A program made the position numbers and the translations under genes. From assembly GCA_963842125.1 (NCBI GenBank), contig CAWJFE010000005.1, forward strand, positions 1,665,356 to 1,729,355: a DNA stretch of 64,000 nucleotides, written 5' to 3'. Under the pieces are notes generated by a model. The model saw nothing but the letters and a program-made list of their open reading frames with translations, made no database searches and had not been told where the DNA came from. Below, piece by piece: positions 38,305 to 47,925 of this stretch (the first letter of the stretch is position 1; each line of letters starts with the position of its first letter). This DNA is from an uncultured Alphaproteobacteria bacterium (lineage in GTDB: Bacteria > Pseudomonadota > Alphaproteobacteria > Rhizobiales > CAWCWK01).

Positions 38305-38653
38305 CTCGCGGTCCGCGGGCGACGGGCGCAAGCTTGGCGGGGTTGCGTTGCGCAGACCCTCCGGCAGATTGTCGAGCAATGTCGTCGTCGGCACTCGTGT
38401 CTCCCGTTGGCGCGGTCCGAAGCAGCGCCGGCGCGTTACCATATCGCCCCTCGCGGACGGAAGCGAGGGGTCGCATGGTCCGGGACGATGCCGCAGATCC
38501 GCAGCGAGTTGACACAGGTCATTCTGTCGGCGCCTTTGCCGTGTCATTCGACCCAAGACGTGGACTGACTGCGACGCGTGGCCGGCTTGACCGCACGCAT
38601 GCCCGCATGGCCTGACACGCCGTACCCGATACGAACCGCGAGACCCGATCCCG

Positions 38654-40654
38654 ATGCTAGCCGAACTGGGCCAACTGGCGTTGAGCCTCGCGCTGATCGT
38701 CGCGGTGGTACAGTCGGTGCTGCCGATCGTCGGTGCGGCGCGGGGCGACATCGTGTGGATGCGCAGCGCGGCCATGACGAGCGTCCTCCAGTTCGGCCTC
38801 GTCGCCGTCGCCTTCGCCGCGCTGATGCACGCCTTCGTGACGAGCGATTTCACGGTGTCCAACGTCGTCGCGAACTCAAGTCTCGCCAAGCCGATGCTCT
38901 ACAAGGTGGCCGGCACCTGGGGCAGCCATGAGGGCTCGTTGCTGCTGTGGGTGCTCATTCTCGCGCTCTTCGGCGCCGCGGTCGGCACGTTCGCGGGCAA
39001 CATTCCGGCTGGACTGAAAGCGCGGACCTTGAGCGTGCAGGCCTGGGTCAGTGTCGGCTTTCTCTCGTTCCTCCTTTTCACTTCGAACCCGTTCGACCGC
39101 GTCTTCCCGCCGCCGCTCGATGGCCGCGATCTCAACCCACTGCTGCAGGATGTCGGCCTCGCGCTCCATCCGCCGCTTCTCTATCTCGGCTATGTCGGCT
39201 TCTCGATCGTCTTCTCCTTCGCCGTCGCGGCGCTGATCGAGGGGCGGGTCGATCCGGCCTGGGCGCGGTGGGTGCGCCCGTGGACGCTGGCGGCGTGGGG
39301 CTCGCTGACGGCCGGCATCGGTCTCGGCTCGTGGTGGGCGTATTACGAGCTCGGCTGGGGCGGCTGGTGGTTCTGGGATCCGGTGGAGAACGTGTCGTTC
39401 ATGCCGTGGTTGCTCGGCACCGCGCTCCTCCATTCGGCGATCGTCACGGAGAAGCGCGATACGTTTAAATCGTGGACGATCCTCCTCGCGATCCTCACCT
39501 TCTCGCTCAGCCTTCTCGGCACGTTCATCGTCCGCTCGGGGCTCCTCACGTCTGTCCATGCTTTCGCGGTCGACCCGGAGCGTGGGGTCTACATCCTGCT
39601 GCTCCTCGCCATCTCCATCGGCGGCTCGCTCGCGCTCTACGCGTGGCGCGCGCCGGCTATGGAGGGCGGCGGCCTCTTTGCGCCCGTCAGCCGTGAGGCG
39701 GGGCTTCTCATCAACAACCTCCTTTTGGCGACGGCGACGGCGACCGTCCTCTTCGGCACGCTCTATCCGCTCTTCCTCGAAGCGATCACGGGCGAGAAGA
39801 TCTCGGTCGGTCCGCCCTTCTTCAACGCGACGTTCACGCCCCTGATGCTGCCGCTGCTCCTAGCGATGGGGATCGGACCGTTTCTCTCGTGGAAGCGAGC
39901 CGATCTCGGCGGCGCGCTCAGCCGGCTGACCTGGGTCGGCCTCGCCGTTCTCCTCGTCATGGCCGCCGTCTGGTACGCAGAGACGCGCGGCCCGATCCTT
40001 GCCGTCCTTGCGTTCGGGCTGGCGACGTGGCTGCTGCTGGCGACGGTCCAGGACTGGGCGACGCGCGTCAAACTCGGCCGCGAGTCGCTGCGCCAGACGC
40101 TGCGGCGAATCGGCGGTCTTCCCCGCGCCGCACACGGTATGGCGCTGGCCCATGCCGGAATCGCAATCTGCGTGATGGGCATCGTCGGCTCGACCGCGTG
40201 GAAGAGCGAATCCGTCACGTTCATCGAGCCCGGCGCCGTCATCGAGATCGGCGGCTACGACGTCCAGTTTAGCGGCGTGCGGGAGGTCGAGGGGCCGAAC
40301 TACACCTCGCTCATGGGCGAACTGACGGTCGAGCGCGACGGCGAACCCATCACCACGCTCTACCCCGAGCGGCGGAATTACCCTCTCGCCCGCATGACGA
40401 CGACCGAGGCCGCGATCTACAACACGATCGCCGGCGATCTCTTCGCGACCATCGCCGAACCGGACCTCACGATCGGATCCTCCGACCGCTGGACGCTGCG
40501 CATCCTCTTCGAGCCTTTGGTGAACTTCATCTGGCTCGGCACCATCCTGCTCGTCATCGGCGCCGGGTTCTCTCTCAGCGACAGGCGCCTACGGGTCGGC
40601 GCGCCGAGGAAGGCCGCCCGCGCGGCTGCACCCGTTCTCGCACCGGCCGAGTAG
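38654..40654 (+). CDS. ccmF: cytochrome c-type biogenesis heme lyase subunit CcmF
   Basis: 666 aa, polytopic, with Trp-rich motif [12 protein letters not shown]. Confidence 0.95.
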   Translation: MLAELGQLALSLALIVAVVQSVLPIVGAARGDIVWMRSAAMTSVLQFGLVAVAFAALMHAFVTSDFTVSNVVANSSLAKPMLYKVAGTWGSHEGSLLLWVLILALFGAAVGTFAGNIPAGLKARTLSVQAWVSVGFLSFLLFTSNPFDRVFPPPLDGRDLNPLLQDVGLALHPPLLYLGYVGFSIVFSFAVAALIEGRVDPAWARWVRPWTLAAWGSLTAGIGLGSWWAYYELGWGGWWFWDPVENVSFMPWLLGTALLHSAIVTEKRDTFKSWTILLAILTFSLSLLGTFIVRSGLLTSVHAFAVDPERGVYILLLLAISIGGSLALYAWRAPAMEGGGLFAPVSREAGLLINNLLLATATATVLFGTLYPLFLEAITGEKISVGPPFFNATFTPLMLPLLLAMGIGPFLSWKRADLGGALSRLTWVGLAVLLVMAAVWYAETRGPILAVLAFGLATWLLLATVQDWATRVKLGRESLRQTLRRIGGLPRAAHGMALAHAGIAICVMGIVGSTAWKSESVTFIEPGAVIEIGGYDVQFSGVREVEGPNYTSLMGELTVERDGEPITTLYPERRNYPLARMTTTEAAIYNTIAGDLFATIAEPDLTIGSSDRWTLRILFEPLVNFIWLGTILLVIGAGFSLSDRRLRVGAPRKAARAAAPVLAPAE

Positions 40655-40659
40655 GACCG

Positions 40660-41211
40660 ATGAACCGGCTGGTCTTCCTCGCGCCGTTGGCCATCGCGGT
40701 CGGCATAGGCGGCTTCCTCGCCTGGGGGCTCGATCCGGCGCGCGACCCGTCCGTTCTACCCTCCGTTCTCGTCGACAAGCCGGTGCCGGCCTTCGACCTG
40801 CCCCCGATCGAAGGCGTGGGTGTGCCGGGTCTGGCGCGGGCCGATCTCCTCGGCATGGACGGCCCCGCCCTCGTCAACGTCTTCGCTTCCTGGTGCTTTC
40901 CTTGCCGGGTCGAGCATCCCGTGCTCGTGCGGATGGTGCGCCAGCACGGCGTCCGCCTTTTCGGTCTCAACTACAAGGACGCGCCCGACGCTGCGCGGGA
41001 CTGGCTGGCTGAAGTCGGCAACCCGTATGAGCGCGTCGGCTCCGATGTTTCCGGCCGGGCCGGCATCGAATGGGGCGTCGTCGGCGTGCCGGAGACCTTC
41101 GTCGTGGACGCTGGCGGAACCGTCCTGATGCGCCATGTCGGCCCGATCGCATCTCCTGAAGCCGAGGCCGCGATACTCGCAGCACTGCGCGATGCAGGAA
41201 TGGCGCCGTGA
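40660..41211 (+). CDS. ccmG: thiol:disulfide oxidoreductase CcmG/DsbE
   Basis: 183 aa with an N-terminal anchor and the WCFPC active site. Confidence 0.9.
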   Translation: MNRLVFLAPLAIAVGIGGFLAWGLDPARDPSVLPSVLVDKPVPAFDLPPIEGVGVPGLARADLLGMDGPALVNVFASWCFPCRVEHPVLVRMVRQHGVRLFGLNYKDAPDAARDWLAEVGNPYERVGSDVSGRAGIEWGVVGVPETFVVDAGGTVLMRHVGPIASPEAEAAILAALRDAGMAP

Positions 41212-41675
41212 TCCGCGCGCTTCTGATGACGCTCGCCCTGATCGTCGGATCGAGCCTGCCGTCCCTCGCCGTTCAGCCCGACGAGGTCCTTCGCGACCCC
41301 GCGTTGGAGGAGCGCGCCCGGCAGATCTCCGCCAAGGTTCGCTGCGTGGTCTGCCAGAATGCCTCGATCGACGCGTCCAACGCGCCCGTCGCCCGCGACC
41401 TTCGGCTCCTCGTGCGCGAGCGCCTCGTAGCCGGCGATCAGGATGCCGAGGTCTACGAGTTCCTGCGCGCACGCTATGGCGACTTCGTCCTCTTCAGCCC
41501 GCCCTGGCAGCCCTCGACCTACATCCTCTGGGTCGGACCGTTCCTCATCGTCGGCTTCGGCAGCCTCGCCGTCGTTTTCGCGCTGCGGCGGCGCGGTCGT
41601 CAGACGGCGACAGCCGCGCTGACGGCCGAGGAGGCAGAAGCGTTCGAAACGTTGCGGGATCGACGGGATGATTGA
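41208..41675 (+). CDS. ccmH: cytochrome c-type biogenesis protein CcmH (CycL-like)
   Basis: 155 aa with the VRCVVCQN (RCxxC) motif and a C-terminal TM segment. 4-nt overlap with ccmG. Confidence 0.9.
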   Translation: MIRALLMTLALIVGSSLPSLAVQPDEVLRDPALEERARQISAKVRCVVCQNASIDASNAPVARDLRLLVRERLVAGDQDAEVYEFLRARYGDFVLFSPPWQPSTYILWVGPFLIVGFGSLAVVFALRRRGRQTATAALTAEEAEAFETLRDRRDD

Positions 41676-42786
41676 CCCGCTCCTCATCATATTCGGGCTC
41701 GGTCTCTTGATTTTGACGGGAGCCGCCCTCCTCATCTCCGCCCGCGCGCCGACTTCGGACGCCGCAAATCGGGAAGACGCCGCTCTCGCCATCTTCGCGG
41801 ACCAGTTGGAAGAGATCGACCGCGACGAAACCCGCAACCTCATCTCCGATGCGGAAGCCGAGGCGGCGCGGACCGAGATCAAGCGCCGCATGTTGGCCGC
41901 GGACCGGGTTCGCCAGCGGAAGACGGTTGGAGCGACCCGCACGGGGGGGAAAACCCTCATCGGCCTCGCAGTCCTCGTCCCCATGGCGGGGCTCGGCCTT
42001 TACGTCGCGATCAGCGATCCGGCGGGACGAACTCTCGCGATCGGTACGGACCGGACGGCGGAATCCTCCGACATCGCGGACCTCGCAGCGCAGGTTCGCG
42101 CGCGACTCGAAGCCGATGGCGAAGGCGCCACGGAAGGCTGGCTCCTCCTCGCCCGCACCTATGCCGGCATGGGAGATGCGGCCCAGGCCCTCGACGCCTA
42201 TGCGCGCGTTGCGGACCGCGCGGACGTCACCGCCGATGGTCTGGCCCGCTATGGCGAACTGTTGGTCGTCACCTCCGGCGGCAGCGTTTCCAACGAGGCC
42301 ATCGCCGTACTAGACCGCGCGCTCGCCATCGCGCCGGACCCCCGCGCGACCTACTACCGCGCCGTCGCCTTCGAGCAGGAGGCGCGTTACGCCGAAGCAC
42401 TTGCACTCGTCGAAACGCGCCTAGCCGTCGGCGCAGAGGGCGAAGCGCTCGTGACGCTCCAATCCTACCGCGATGCGCTCCGCGACCGGATGGTCCTGCC
42501 GCCTGCACCCGACGCCGCAGCCGTCGAAGCCGCCGGTGCCATGACGGATGCGGACCGCGAGGCGTTCATCCGGTCGATGGTCGACGGCCTCGCCGCCCGC
42601 CTGGAGGCGAGCCCGGACGATCTCGACGGATGGCTAAGGCTCGCCAACGCGTATGAGGTCCTGGACCAGCCCGAGGACGCGCTCGCCGCCTACAAGGCCG
42701 CCGAACCGCTATTGGTGGACGTTTTAGAGGATGACCCACGCCGTCTGCGGGTCGTGGATGGACTCACGGCAAATGCTGTCGAATAG
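41668..42786 (+). CDS. ccmI: c-type cytochrome biogenesis protein CcmI (CycH-like, TPR)
   Basis: 372 aa with an N-terminal TM region followed by an Ala/Leu-rich TPR-like region. 8-nt overlap with ccmH. Confidence 0.8.
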   Translation: MIDPLLIIFGLGLLILTGAALLISARAPTSDAANREDAALAIFADQLEEIDRDETRNLISDAEAEAARTEIKRRMLAADRVRQRKTVGATRTGGKTLIGLAVLVPMAGLGLYVAISDPAGRTLAIGTDRTAESSDIADLAAQVRARLEADGEGATEGWLLLARTYAGMGDAAQALDAYARVADRADVTADGLARYGELLVVTSGGSVSNEAIAVLDRALAIAPDPRATYYRAVAFEQEARYAEALALVETRLAVGAEGEALVTLQSYRDALRDRMVLPPAPDAAAVEAAGAMTDADREAFIRSMVDGLAARLEASPDDLDGWLRLANAYEVLDQPEDALAAYKAAEPLLVDVLEDDPRRLRVVDGLTANAVE

Positions 42787-42830
42787 AGCCGTACCTGTAT
42801 TCATTTCTTCGAACTCAGTCCTCTCCTCTC

Positions 42831-42865
42831 CGTCACTCTCGGGTACCGACCCAAGGATCCAGAGC
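42831..42865. repeat. REP-like palindromic unit, degenerate copy (a)
   Basis: CGTCACTCTCGGGTACCGACCCAAGGATCCAGAGC aligns with copy (c), GCCGTCATTCTCGGGCTTCGGCCCGAGAATCCAGGG. Confidence 0.5.
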
Positions 42866-42951
42866 AGCGATCACGTGCCTCTGATCAGAAGCAAATCGTC
42901 GCGGAGAGGCCTGTCGGCCAGCACTTCGAACGCCGAGAATACGGAGTGCGC

Positions 42952-42985
42952 CCTCGATTCTCGGATCGGTGCCCGAGAATGACGG
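42952..42985. repeat. REP-like palindromic unit, copy (b)
   Basis: Its reverse complement GCCGTCATTCTCGGGCACCGATCCGAGAATCGAGG matches copy (c) over the first 16 nt exactly and most of the rest. Internal stem ATTCTCGG/CCGAGAAT. Confidence 0.7.
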
Positions 42986-43051
42986 CGGGAGGTCGGGTCC
43001 GAAACTGGATCGCGCGTCTGAGCGATCTCCACGCGTGACGAAGGACCTTCC

Positions 43052-44065
43052 TCAAACCTCAGCCACCGGCCGCGCCTCGCGGCGGCGCTCTGACTGGAGC
43101 CGTTCGATCTCGGCACGGGCGCTGCTGCGGTAGGCTTCGAAGGCCGCTCTCGCTTCGTCTCCGTCGGCGCGGAACTGCTCGTTCTCGGTCCGCAACCGGG
43201 TCAGTCGTTCGCGAAGGTCGTCGATGGCCGCCTCCTGCTCCGCGACCGTGGAGGCGCTACGTTCGGCAGCGTCCGCGGCGCTGCGCTGCGCCTGGCGAGC
43301 TGCGTCGCGTGCGCTGGCCGCGTCGTCACGGTCCGCCTCGACGGCGCGGAGCCTGTCGAGCAGGATTTCGTATTGGCGCTCGCCCTCTTCGAGTTCCTGA
43401 TGCAGTTCCTCGTTCTGAGAAAGCGCTTCCTGCAGAGCCTCGTTCGAGCCTTCGCGCAGCGTCGCGGCTTCGTCGGCGGTCTCGCGGGCCGAGGCGATGG
43501 CGGTGTCGAACTCGGCGATCTCGTCTCGCAGGGCAGCAATCTGCTCGTCGCGCTCCTTCAACAGCCTGTCGCGATGCTCCACGAGCGCATCGGCCTCACC
43601 GGCGCGCGTTCTCGTATCGGTAAGGGCGGTTTCGGTCTCGACCTGAAGCGCGGTGATGGTCGAGAGCTTGGTCTCGGTCTCGCGCAGATCGTCACGGGTC
43701 GCTTCGTGGTCCTCGCGCTCGGTCGCGAGGTCGGCTTCGACGGCTTCGAGCCGCGCCTCGAGGTCTTCCATGGCGAGGCGCAGATTGGCCGTCGTCTCGG
43801 TTCGCCGGCCGATTTCCATCACCTGTCGGGAGACGCGGCGCTTGGCATCGTCGATGCCCATCTCCAACTCGCGCACGCGCATCGCGTATTCCGCGCGCAC
43901 CTGATCGCGGCCGGCACGGATCTGCGCGAGCGAGACCGGCATCTCCGACGTCACGCGTCGCCGCGTATAGCGCGACGCCCAGCGCCACACGAGCGGCATG
44001 ACCGTCAAGGCCAGCCCGACGGCCATCAGGAAGCCGAGGGCAAAGAACATAAGCGCTTCAATCAT
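43052..44065 (-). CDS. hypothetical membrane-anchored coiled-coil protein
   Basis: 337 aa with N-terminal TM segment MIEALMFFALGFLMAVGLALTVMPLVW, followed by about 290 aa rich in E/R/A/L/D heptad-like sequence. No family recognised. Confidence 0.6.
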   Translation of the reverse strand: MIEALMFFALGFLMAVGLALTVMPLVWRWASRYTRRRVTSEMPVSLAQIRAGRDQVRAEYAMRVRELEMGIDDAKRRVSRQVMEIGRRTETTANLRLAMEDLEARLEAVEADLATEREDHEATRDDLRETETKLSTITALQVETETALTDTRTRAGEADALVEHRDRLLKERDEQIAALRDEIAEFDTAIASARETADEAATLREGSNEALQEALSQNEELHQELEEGERQYEILLDRLRAVEADRDDAASARDAARQAQRSAADAAERSASTVAEQEAAIDDLRERLTRLRTENEQFRADGDEARAAFEAYRSSARAEIERLQSERRREARPVAEV

Positions 44066-44123
44066 CGCGTCCGCTCTTAGCCGATCGGTCCGCCGTCAGA
44101 AAGCGCTTTGCGCGCCGCGCCGC

Positions 44124-44807
44124 CTAGAAGGGGTTCCAGGTCGGCTTGGCGGTGAACTTCAGGTAGCCGACATTGGCGCCGAACCGCGCGCCGACACCGA
44201 CCCGGATCGGCACTGCGACAACGGGTCCGGCCGCGAGAGCCGTCATGCCGATGCCGCCGACGAGATAGACCGAACCCGACACGCCGCCGAAGCGGCCGTA
44301 GGCGGCCTCCACGCGAGGCAGGTTATAGAGCAGCACCATCGTCCGCGCGCCATCGGCTCCGAAATCGTAGCCGAGCGACGGGCCCTGCCAGTATATCGGG
44401 AAACTGCCGAGATCGAGCGTCTCCAGTCGGCCTTCCCCATAGCGGACGCCGCCGATGAAGGCGCCGCCCGCTTCCTGGCCGAGAATGTAGCCATTGGGCT
44501 GGCCGTATTGCGCGAAGGCCTGTTCGAGCGCTTTGGCGACGCCCTGCGCTGCGGCACCGAAATACTGATGACCGATCCCGACGATCTGCTCCGGCGAGAA
44601 GGACCGGGGCGCGCCGTAGGCCGCTTGCGGCGCGGCGTTCTGCGTAGGCGCGTAGAGATTGCCGGGCGGCTGGATGGTGGTCGGAGGAGCGAGGCCTACC
44701 GGGGCGTTCGCCGCCGGATAGCCATAGGTCTGCGCCGATGCGGCGGCACCGGTCGCGAGGAGGGCGGCGCCGGCGAGGAGCGCCTTGAGAGGGTTGGCTG
44801 CGCGCAT
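44124..44807 (-). CDS. DUF1134 domain-containing periplasmic protein (EipA-like)
   Basis: 227 aa with signal peptide MRAANPLKALLAGAALLATGAAASA and a Gly-rich beta-type C-terminal domain ending KPTWNPF. Resembles the DUF1134 family, to which Brucella EipA belongs (from memory). Confidence 0.7.
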   Translation of the reverse strand: MRAANPLKALLAGAALLATGAAASAQTYGYPAANAPVGLAPPTTIQPPGNLYAPTQNAAPQAAYGAPRSFSPEQIVGIGHQYFGAAAQGVAKALEQAFAQYGQPNGYILGQEAGGAFIGGVRYGEGRLETLDLGSFPIYWQGPSLGYDFGADGARTMVLLYNLPRVEAAYGRFGGVSGSVYLVGGIGMTALAAGPVVAVPIRVGVGARFGANVGYLKFTAKPTWNPF

Positions 44808-45090
44808 GAGTGAAGTCCTTTCGCGCGTTGGGAACCCAGGGGAGAAGAAATTCGAGGGCGATCGGGGGCGAAACGCCGGGCAAATCCTGGATCCGGGGGA
44901 TTTGCATCACTTTCTACCAATCTCCTTTCGCCAGCCTTTACAGGGCCCGTGTCATCTCTGTTCGGCGAGAGGTGCCGGGGGCTGGCCGCAAGGTCCGTCC
45001 GATGAGCGAGAAGCCTCCGCATGCAACGGGACGCCGGACGCGCCGGGACGCGCCGATGGCGGCATCAAACGACAGGACGGATCGAAGCCT

Positions 45091-45615
45091 ATGACGAACT
45101 CGACCATCACCGCGACCACGCTCGGCACCGAACCGCGGCGCAACCGCAAGCGTATCGCCCTCGCCCTCACGGCCATGTGCGCGCTCAGCCTCACGGTCTC
45201 CAAGGATACTGCCAACGCGAACGAGCGCATCGTGACCGACTGGCAGACCGGTATCGCAATATCGGGTTACGATCCGGTCGCCTATTTCGTGGAGCGCCAG
45301 GCCGTTCCGGGGCGGGACTCCTATCAGGCCCACTGGGGCGGCGTGGTCTGGCAATTCCGCAGCGCCGGCAACCGGGACGCCTTCATCGCGAACCCCGACG
45401 TCTACGCACCCGAATATGGCGGGCACGACGCGACGGCGATTGCGGATGGGTTCGTTGCGCGCGGCAACCCGCTCATCTGGACGGTCGCGGACGGCGAGCT
45501 GCACCTCTTCAACAGCGCCGACAACCTCTACGCCTTCCAGGCCGAGGGTTCGCGCATCGAGACCAGGGCCGCAAAGCGCTGGAGCAAGCTCAGCCGTACA
45601 CTCGCGCTTCGCTAA
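45091..45615 (+). CDS. YHS domain-containing protein
   Basis: Start re-placed at ATG 45091 (MTNSTITA..., 174 aa). Basic and hydrophobic N-terminus; core ISGYDPVAYF...W.F.S..NRD.F..NP..YAPEYGG typical of exported YHS-domain proteins. Confidence 0.7.
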   Translation: MTNSTITATTLGTEPRRNRKRIALALTAMCALSLTVSKDTANANERIVTDWQTGIAISGYDPVAYFVERQAVPGRDSYQAHWGGVVWQFRSAGNRDAFIANPDVYAPEYGGHDATAIADGFVARGNPLIWTVADGELHLFNSADNLYAFQAEGSRIETRAAKRWSKLSRTLALR

Positions 45616-46445
45616 GACCCGATCGCGGACATATCGAGCCGGCGGGCCAGGTCCGCCGAACTGACCGCCACGAAATATGGGTTGCGCAGCCGGTCCGCCG
45701 CATAGGTGAGCGGGGCGCCGCCCTCGACGATCACCACGCCGCCCGCACCAAGCAGGACGGCGTGCGCGGCCGCCGTGTCCCACGCCATGGTCGGGGCGAG
45801 GCGGGGATAGACATCCGCCTCGCCGGCCGCAACCCGGCAGAATTTCAGCGAAGACCCGAAGCTCCTCGTCTCCGCTATGCCGTTGGCCGCGAGAAAGGCA
45901 TCGGTGCGCGCATCGCGATGCGATCGACTGGCGACTGCGACGAGCGCATCCCCCTCCCCGCGACAGGACAGCGGCGACACGTCGACGAGCGCGTCCCCGT
46001 CGATCGTCGCGCTGAACGCTCCGTCACCGGCGACGCCGGCATAGAGCGTGCCCGCCTCCGGTTGAACGACGACGCCGAGCACCGGCCGATCGTCTTCGAT
46101 GAGCGCGACGTTGACGGTATAGTCCGGCCGACCCGCGATGAACTCCTTCGTTCCATCGAGCGGATCGACCATCCAGACGATGGGACCGGACCAGCCGGAC
46201 GCCGCAACCTCCTCGGACACGATCGGGTAGGACACGGGCGCGCTCGTCAGAACCGTTCTGATCGCCCGGTCGGCGGCGAGGTCTGCTGCGCTGACGGGGG
46301 AGCCGTCGCCCTTGGTTTCGGCCGTCCGCGGGCCGGCGGCAATCGGCGCGATGGCGCGCGCGCCGGCGAGGGCGGCGCGGATGGCGATATCGAGATCGGC
46401 CGCCCGTTCCGTCGACAGGCCGTAGGAAGCGTTGCTCACACTCAT
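45612..46445 (-). CDS. cysQ: 3'(2'),5'-bisphosphate nucleotidase CysQ / inositol monophosphatase family
   Basis: Start re-placed at ATG 46445 (MSVSNASYG..., 277 aa). Motifs PVSAADLAADR, SEE, WMVDPLDGTKEF and WDTAAAHAVL. Confidence 0.75.
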   Translation of the reverse strand: MSVSNASYGLSTERAADLDIAIRAALAGARAIAPIAAGPRTAETKGDGSPVSAADLAADRAIRTVLTSAPVSYPIVSEEVAASGWSGPIVWMVDPLDGTKEFIAGRPDYTVNVALIEDDRPVLGVVVQPEAGTLYAGVAGDGAFSATIDGDALVDVSPLSCRGEGDALVAVASRSHRDARTDAFLAANGIAETRSFGSSLKFCRVAAGEADVYPRLAPTMAWDTAAAHAVLLGAGGVVIVEGGAPLTYAADRLRNPYFVAVSSADLARRLDMSAIGS

Positions 46446-46561
46446 CACCCCTTGCCTCATGGCGGCGTGCGGCACCGCATCGTTCTTCACACGTTGATTC
46501 GTGCGTGTAACAAGGACGCAACTCGTCCGCCACCGCCATCGCCCGCCCGGGAGCCCCCTCC

Positions 46562-47236
46562 ATGTCCGATACGTCCACGCCGCCCGCCACCGACACGTCA
46601 CCGGGCGGAAGCCGGGTCGAGGTCGGCGCGCTCGACCTCGCGTCCTATCTTTGCAGCCGGGTCTGCCACGACGTCATCAGCCCAGTCGGCGCGATCGCCA
46701 ACGGGTTGGAGGTGATGGACGCGGACGACGATCCGCAGATGCGCGAATTCGCCATGGACCTCATCCGCAAGAGCGCCAACCAGGCCGCAGCGAAACTGAA
46801 GTTCGCCCGCCTTGCCTTCGGTGCTTCAGGCTCGACCGGATCGATGATCGACCTGCGCGATGCCGAAGAGGCCGCGCGCGGCGTCGTCTCCGGCGAGAAG
46901 CTCAATCTCGAATGGGTCGGCCCGCCCGCGCAGATGCCGAAGAACGCGGTCAAGCTGCTCTTGAACCTCATCATGCTCTCGACGAACTGCATTCCGCGTG
47001 GCGGCGACGTGAAGGTGACCGTCGATCCCGACGCACCGAGCTTCTCCGTCATCGCGGCCGGCAGTCACGCCCGCGTGCCCGACGATATCGCAGAGGCGTT
47101 CGGCAGCGGCATGGTCGAGGTGACGGCGCACAACGTCCAGCCTTACTTCGCCCGGACCCTCGGCGACGAGGAAGGGATGCGGCTCTCGATCGACCATCAG
47201 GGCGATGCTGTGCGGTTCTCCGCCGAGGCCGCTTAA
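46562..47236 (+). CDS. chpT: histidine phosphotransferase ChpT (CckA-ChpT-CtrA phosphorelay)
   Basis: 224 aa with the phospho-His context LCSRVCHDVISPVGAI, followed by a pseudo-ATPase-like C-terminal domain. Lies beside ctrA. Confidence 0.8.
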   Translation: MSDTSTPPATDTSPGGSRVEVGALDLASYLCSRVCHDVISPVGAIANGLEVMDADDDPQMREFAMDLIRKSANQAAAKLKFARLAFGASGSTGSMIDLRDAEEAARGVVSGEKLNLEWVGPPAQMPKNAVKLLLNLIMLSTNCIPRGGDVKVTVDPDAPSFSVIAAGSHARVPDDIAEAFGSGMVEVTAHNVQPYFARTLGDEEGMRLSIDHQGDAVRFSAEAA

Positions 47237-47298
47237 GCGTCGCGAAATCGTTTTGCGCGAAGCTGTCGGATATTCGTCGTCCGACAGCGGAGCCTGGA

Positions 47299-47682
47299 AT
47301 GAAGATCTGCCTCATCGCCGATGATGCGCCCATCGTGCGCAAGGTCGCGGCGCGCATCTTGAAGCTCAACAAGTATCACGTCGAGGCGCCCGAAACGGTG
47401 CGCGACATGATCGCGACCTGCCGCGCCAACATGCCCGACCTCGTGATCGTGGCCGAAACGTTCGGCGACGAGGATGGGCTCGGCCTCGTCCAGCGCATTC
47501 GCGATCTGCCCGACGGCAACGTGCCGACGATCCTCATCTGTACGTCAGCCAACAGCATTGCGCTTCGCTCCCGCTCTCGCCGCTGCGGCGCGAACGGGGT
47601 TCTCATGAAGCCCTTCACGCGGGAGACGGTGGATGGACAGCTGCGCCGTCTCGGTCTTGCGAACGCCCTTCTGGCAGCTTGA
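47299..47682 (+). CDS. single-domain receiver-like protein lacking the phospho-acceptor Asp (pseudo-receiver)
   Basis: 127 aa with GGAG 8 nt upstream of the ATG. Manual alignment to CheY retains the acidic pair (D8 D9), Thr (CTSA) and Lys (LMKPF). The D57-equivalent position in PDLVIVAETFGDEDG is Ala52 (GCC at 47452-47454), followed by Glu53. Confidence 0.75.
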   Translation: MKICLIADDAPIVRKVAARILKLNKYHVEAPETVRDMIATCRANMPDLVIVAETFGDEDGLGLVQRIRDLPDGNVPTILICTSANSIALRSRSRRCGANGVLMKPFTRETVDGQLRRLGLANALLAA

Positions 47683-47733
47683 GCTCGAGTGGCCGGAGCG
47701 AGGTTCGATGTGCTGAGCGACTTACTTCCCGGG

Positions 47734-47769
47734 CCGTCATTCTCGGGCTTCGGCCCGAGAATCCAGGGG
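47734..47769. repeat. REP-like palindromic unit, copy (c)
   Basis: GCCGTCATTCTCGGGCTTCGGCCCGAGAATCCAGGGG with perfect stem ATTCTCGGGC/GCCCGAGAAT and a TTCG loop. Confidence 0.75.
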
Positions 47770-47835
47770 CGCGATGGGAGAGTGGCAGGTCCGACCTGCT
47801 GACCAACCGCACGGCTTGCGGCGATTGTCGCTCTC

Positions 47836-47860
47836 GATCCTCGGGCCGGTGCACGAGGAG
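47836..47860. repeat. REP-like palindromic unit, degenerate copy (d)
   Basis: GATCCTCGGGCCGGTGCACGAGGAG resembles copy (b), GATTCTCGGATCGGTGCCCGAGAAT. Stem TCCTCG/CGAGGA. Confidence 0.5.
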
Positions 47861-47925
47861 AAGGGGGCGGAAAGGGCGAAGGCCGATCCGACGTTTGCGC
47901 GAACGGCCCAAACTGGGTCCCGTAA

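Noticed and set aside
38305-38653. Possible Moco riboswitch in the moaA leader
   Set aside because: Reading the minus strand, I could not find the conserved Moco-motif sequence blocks as I remember them. The only clear structure is a generic 8-bp hairpin. This is unsupported without an Infernal search.
45021-46715. 564-aa plus-strand ORF covering the YHS gene, cysQ (antisense) and the chpT 5' end
   Set aside because: It has the same artefact signature: low-complexity R/G/A/P content and no motifs. The competing frames encode recognisable YHS, CysQ and ChpT proteins.
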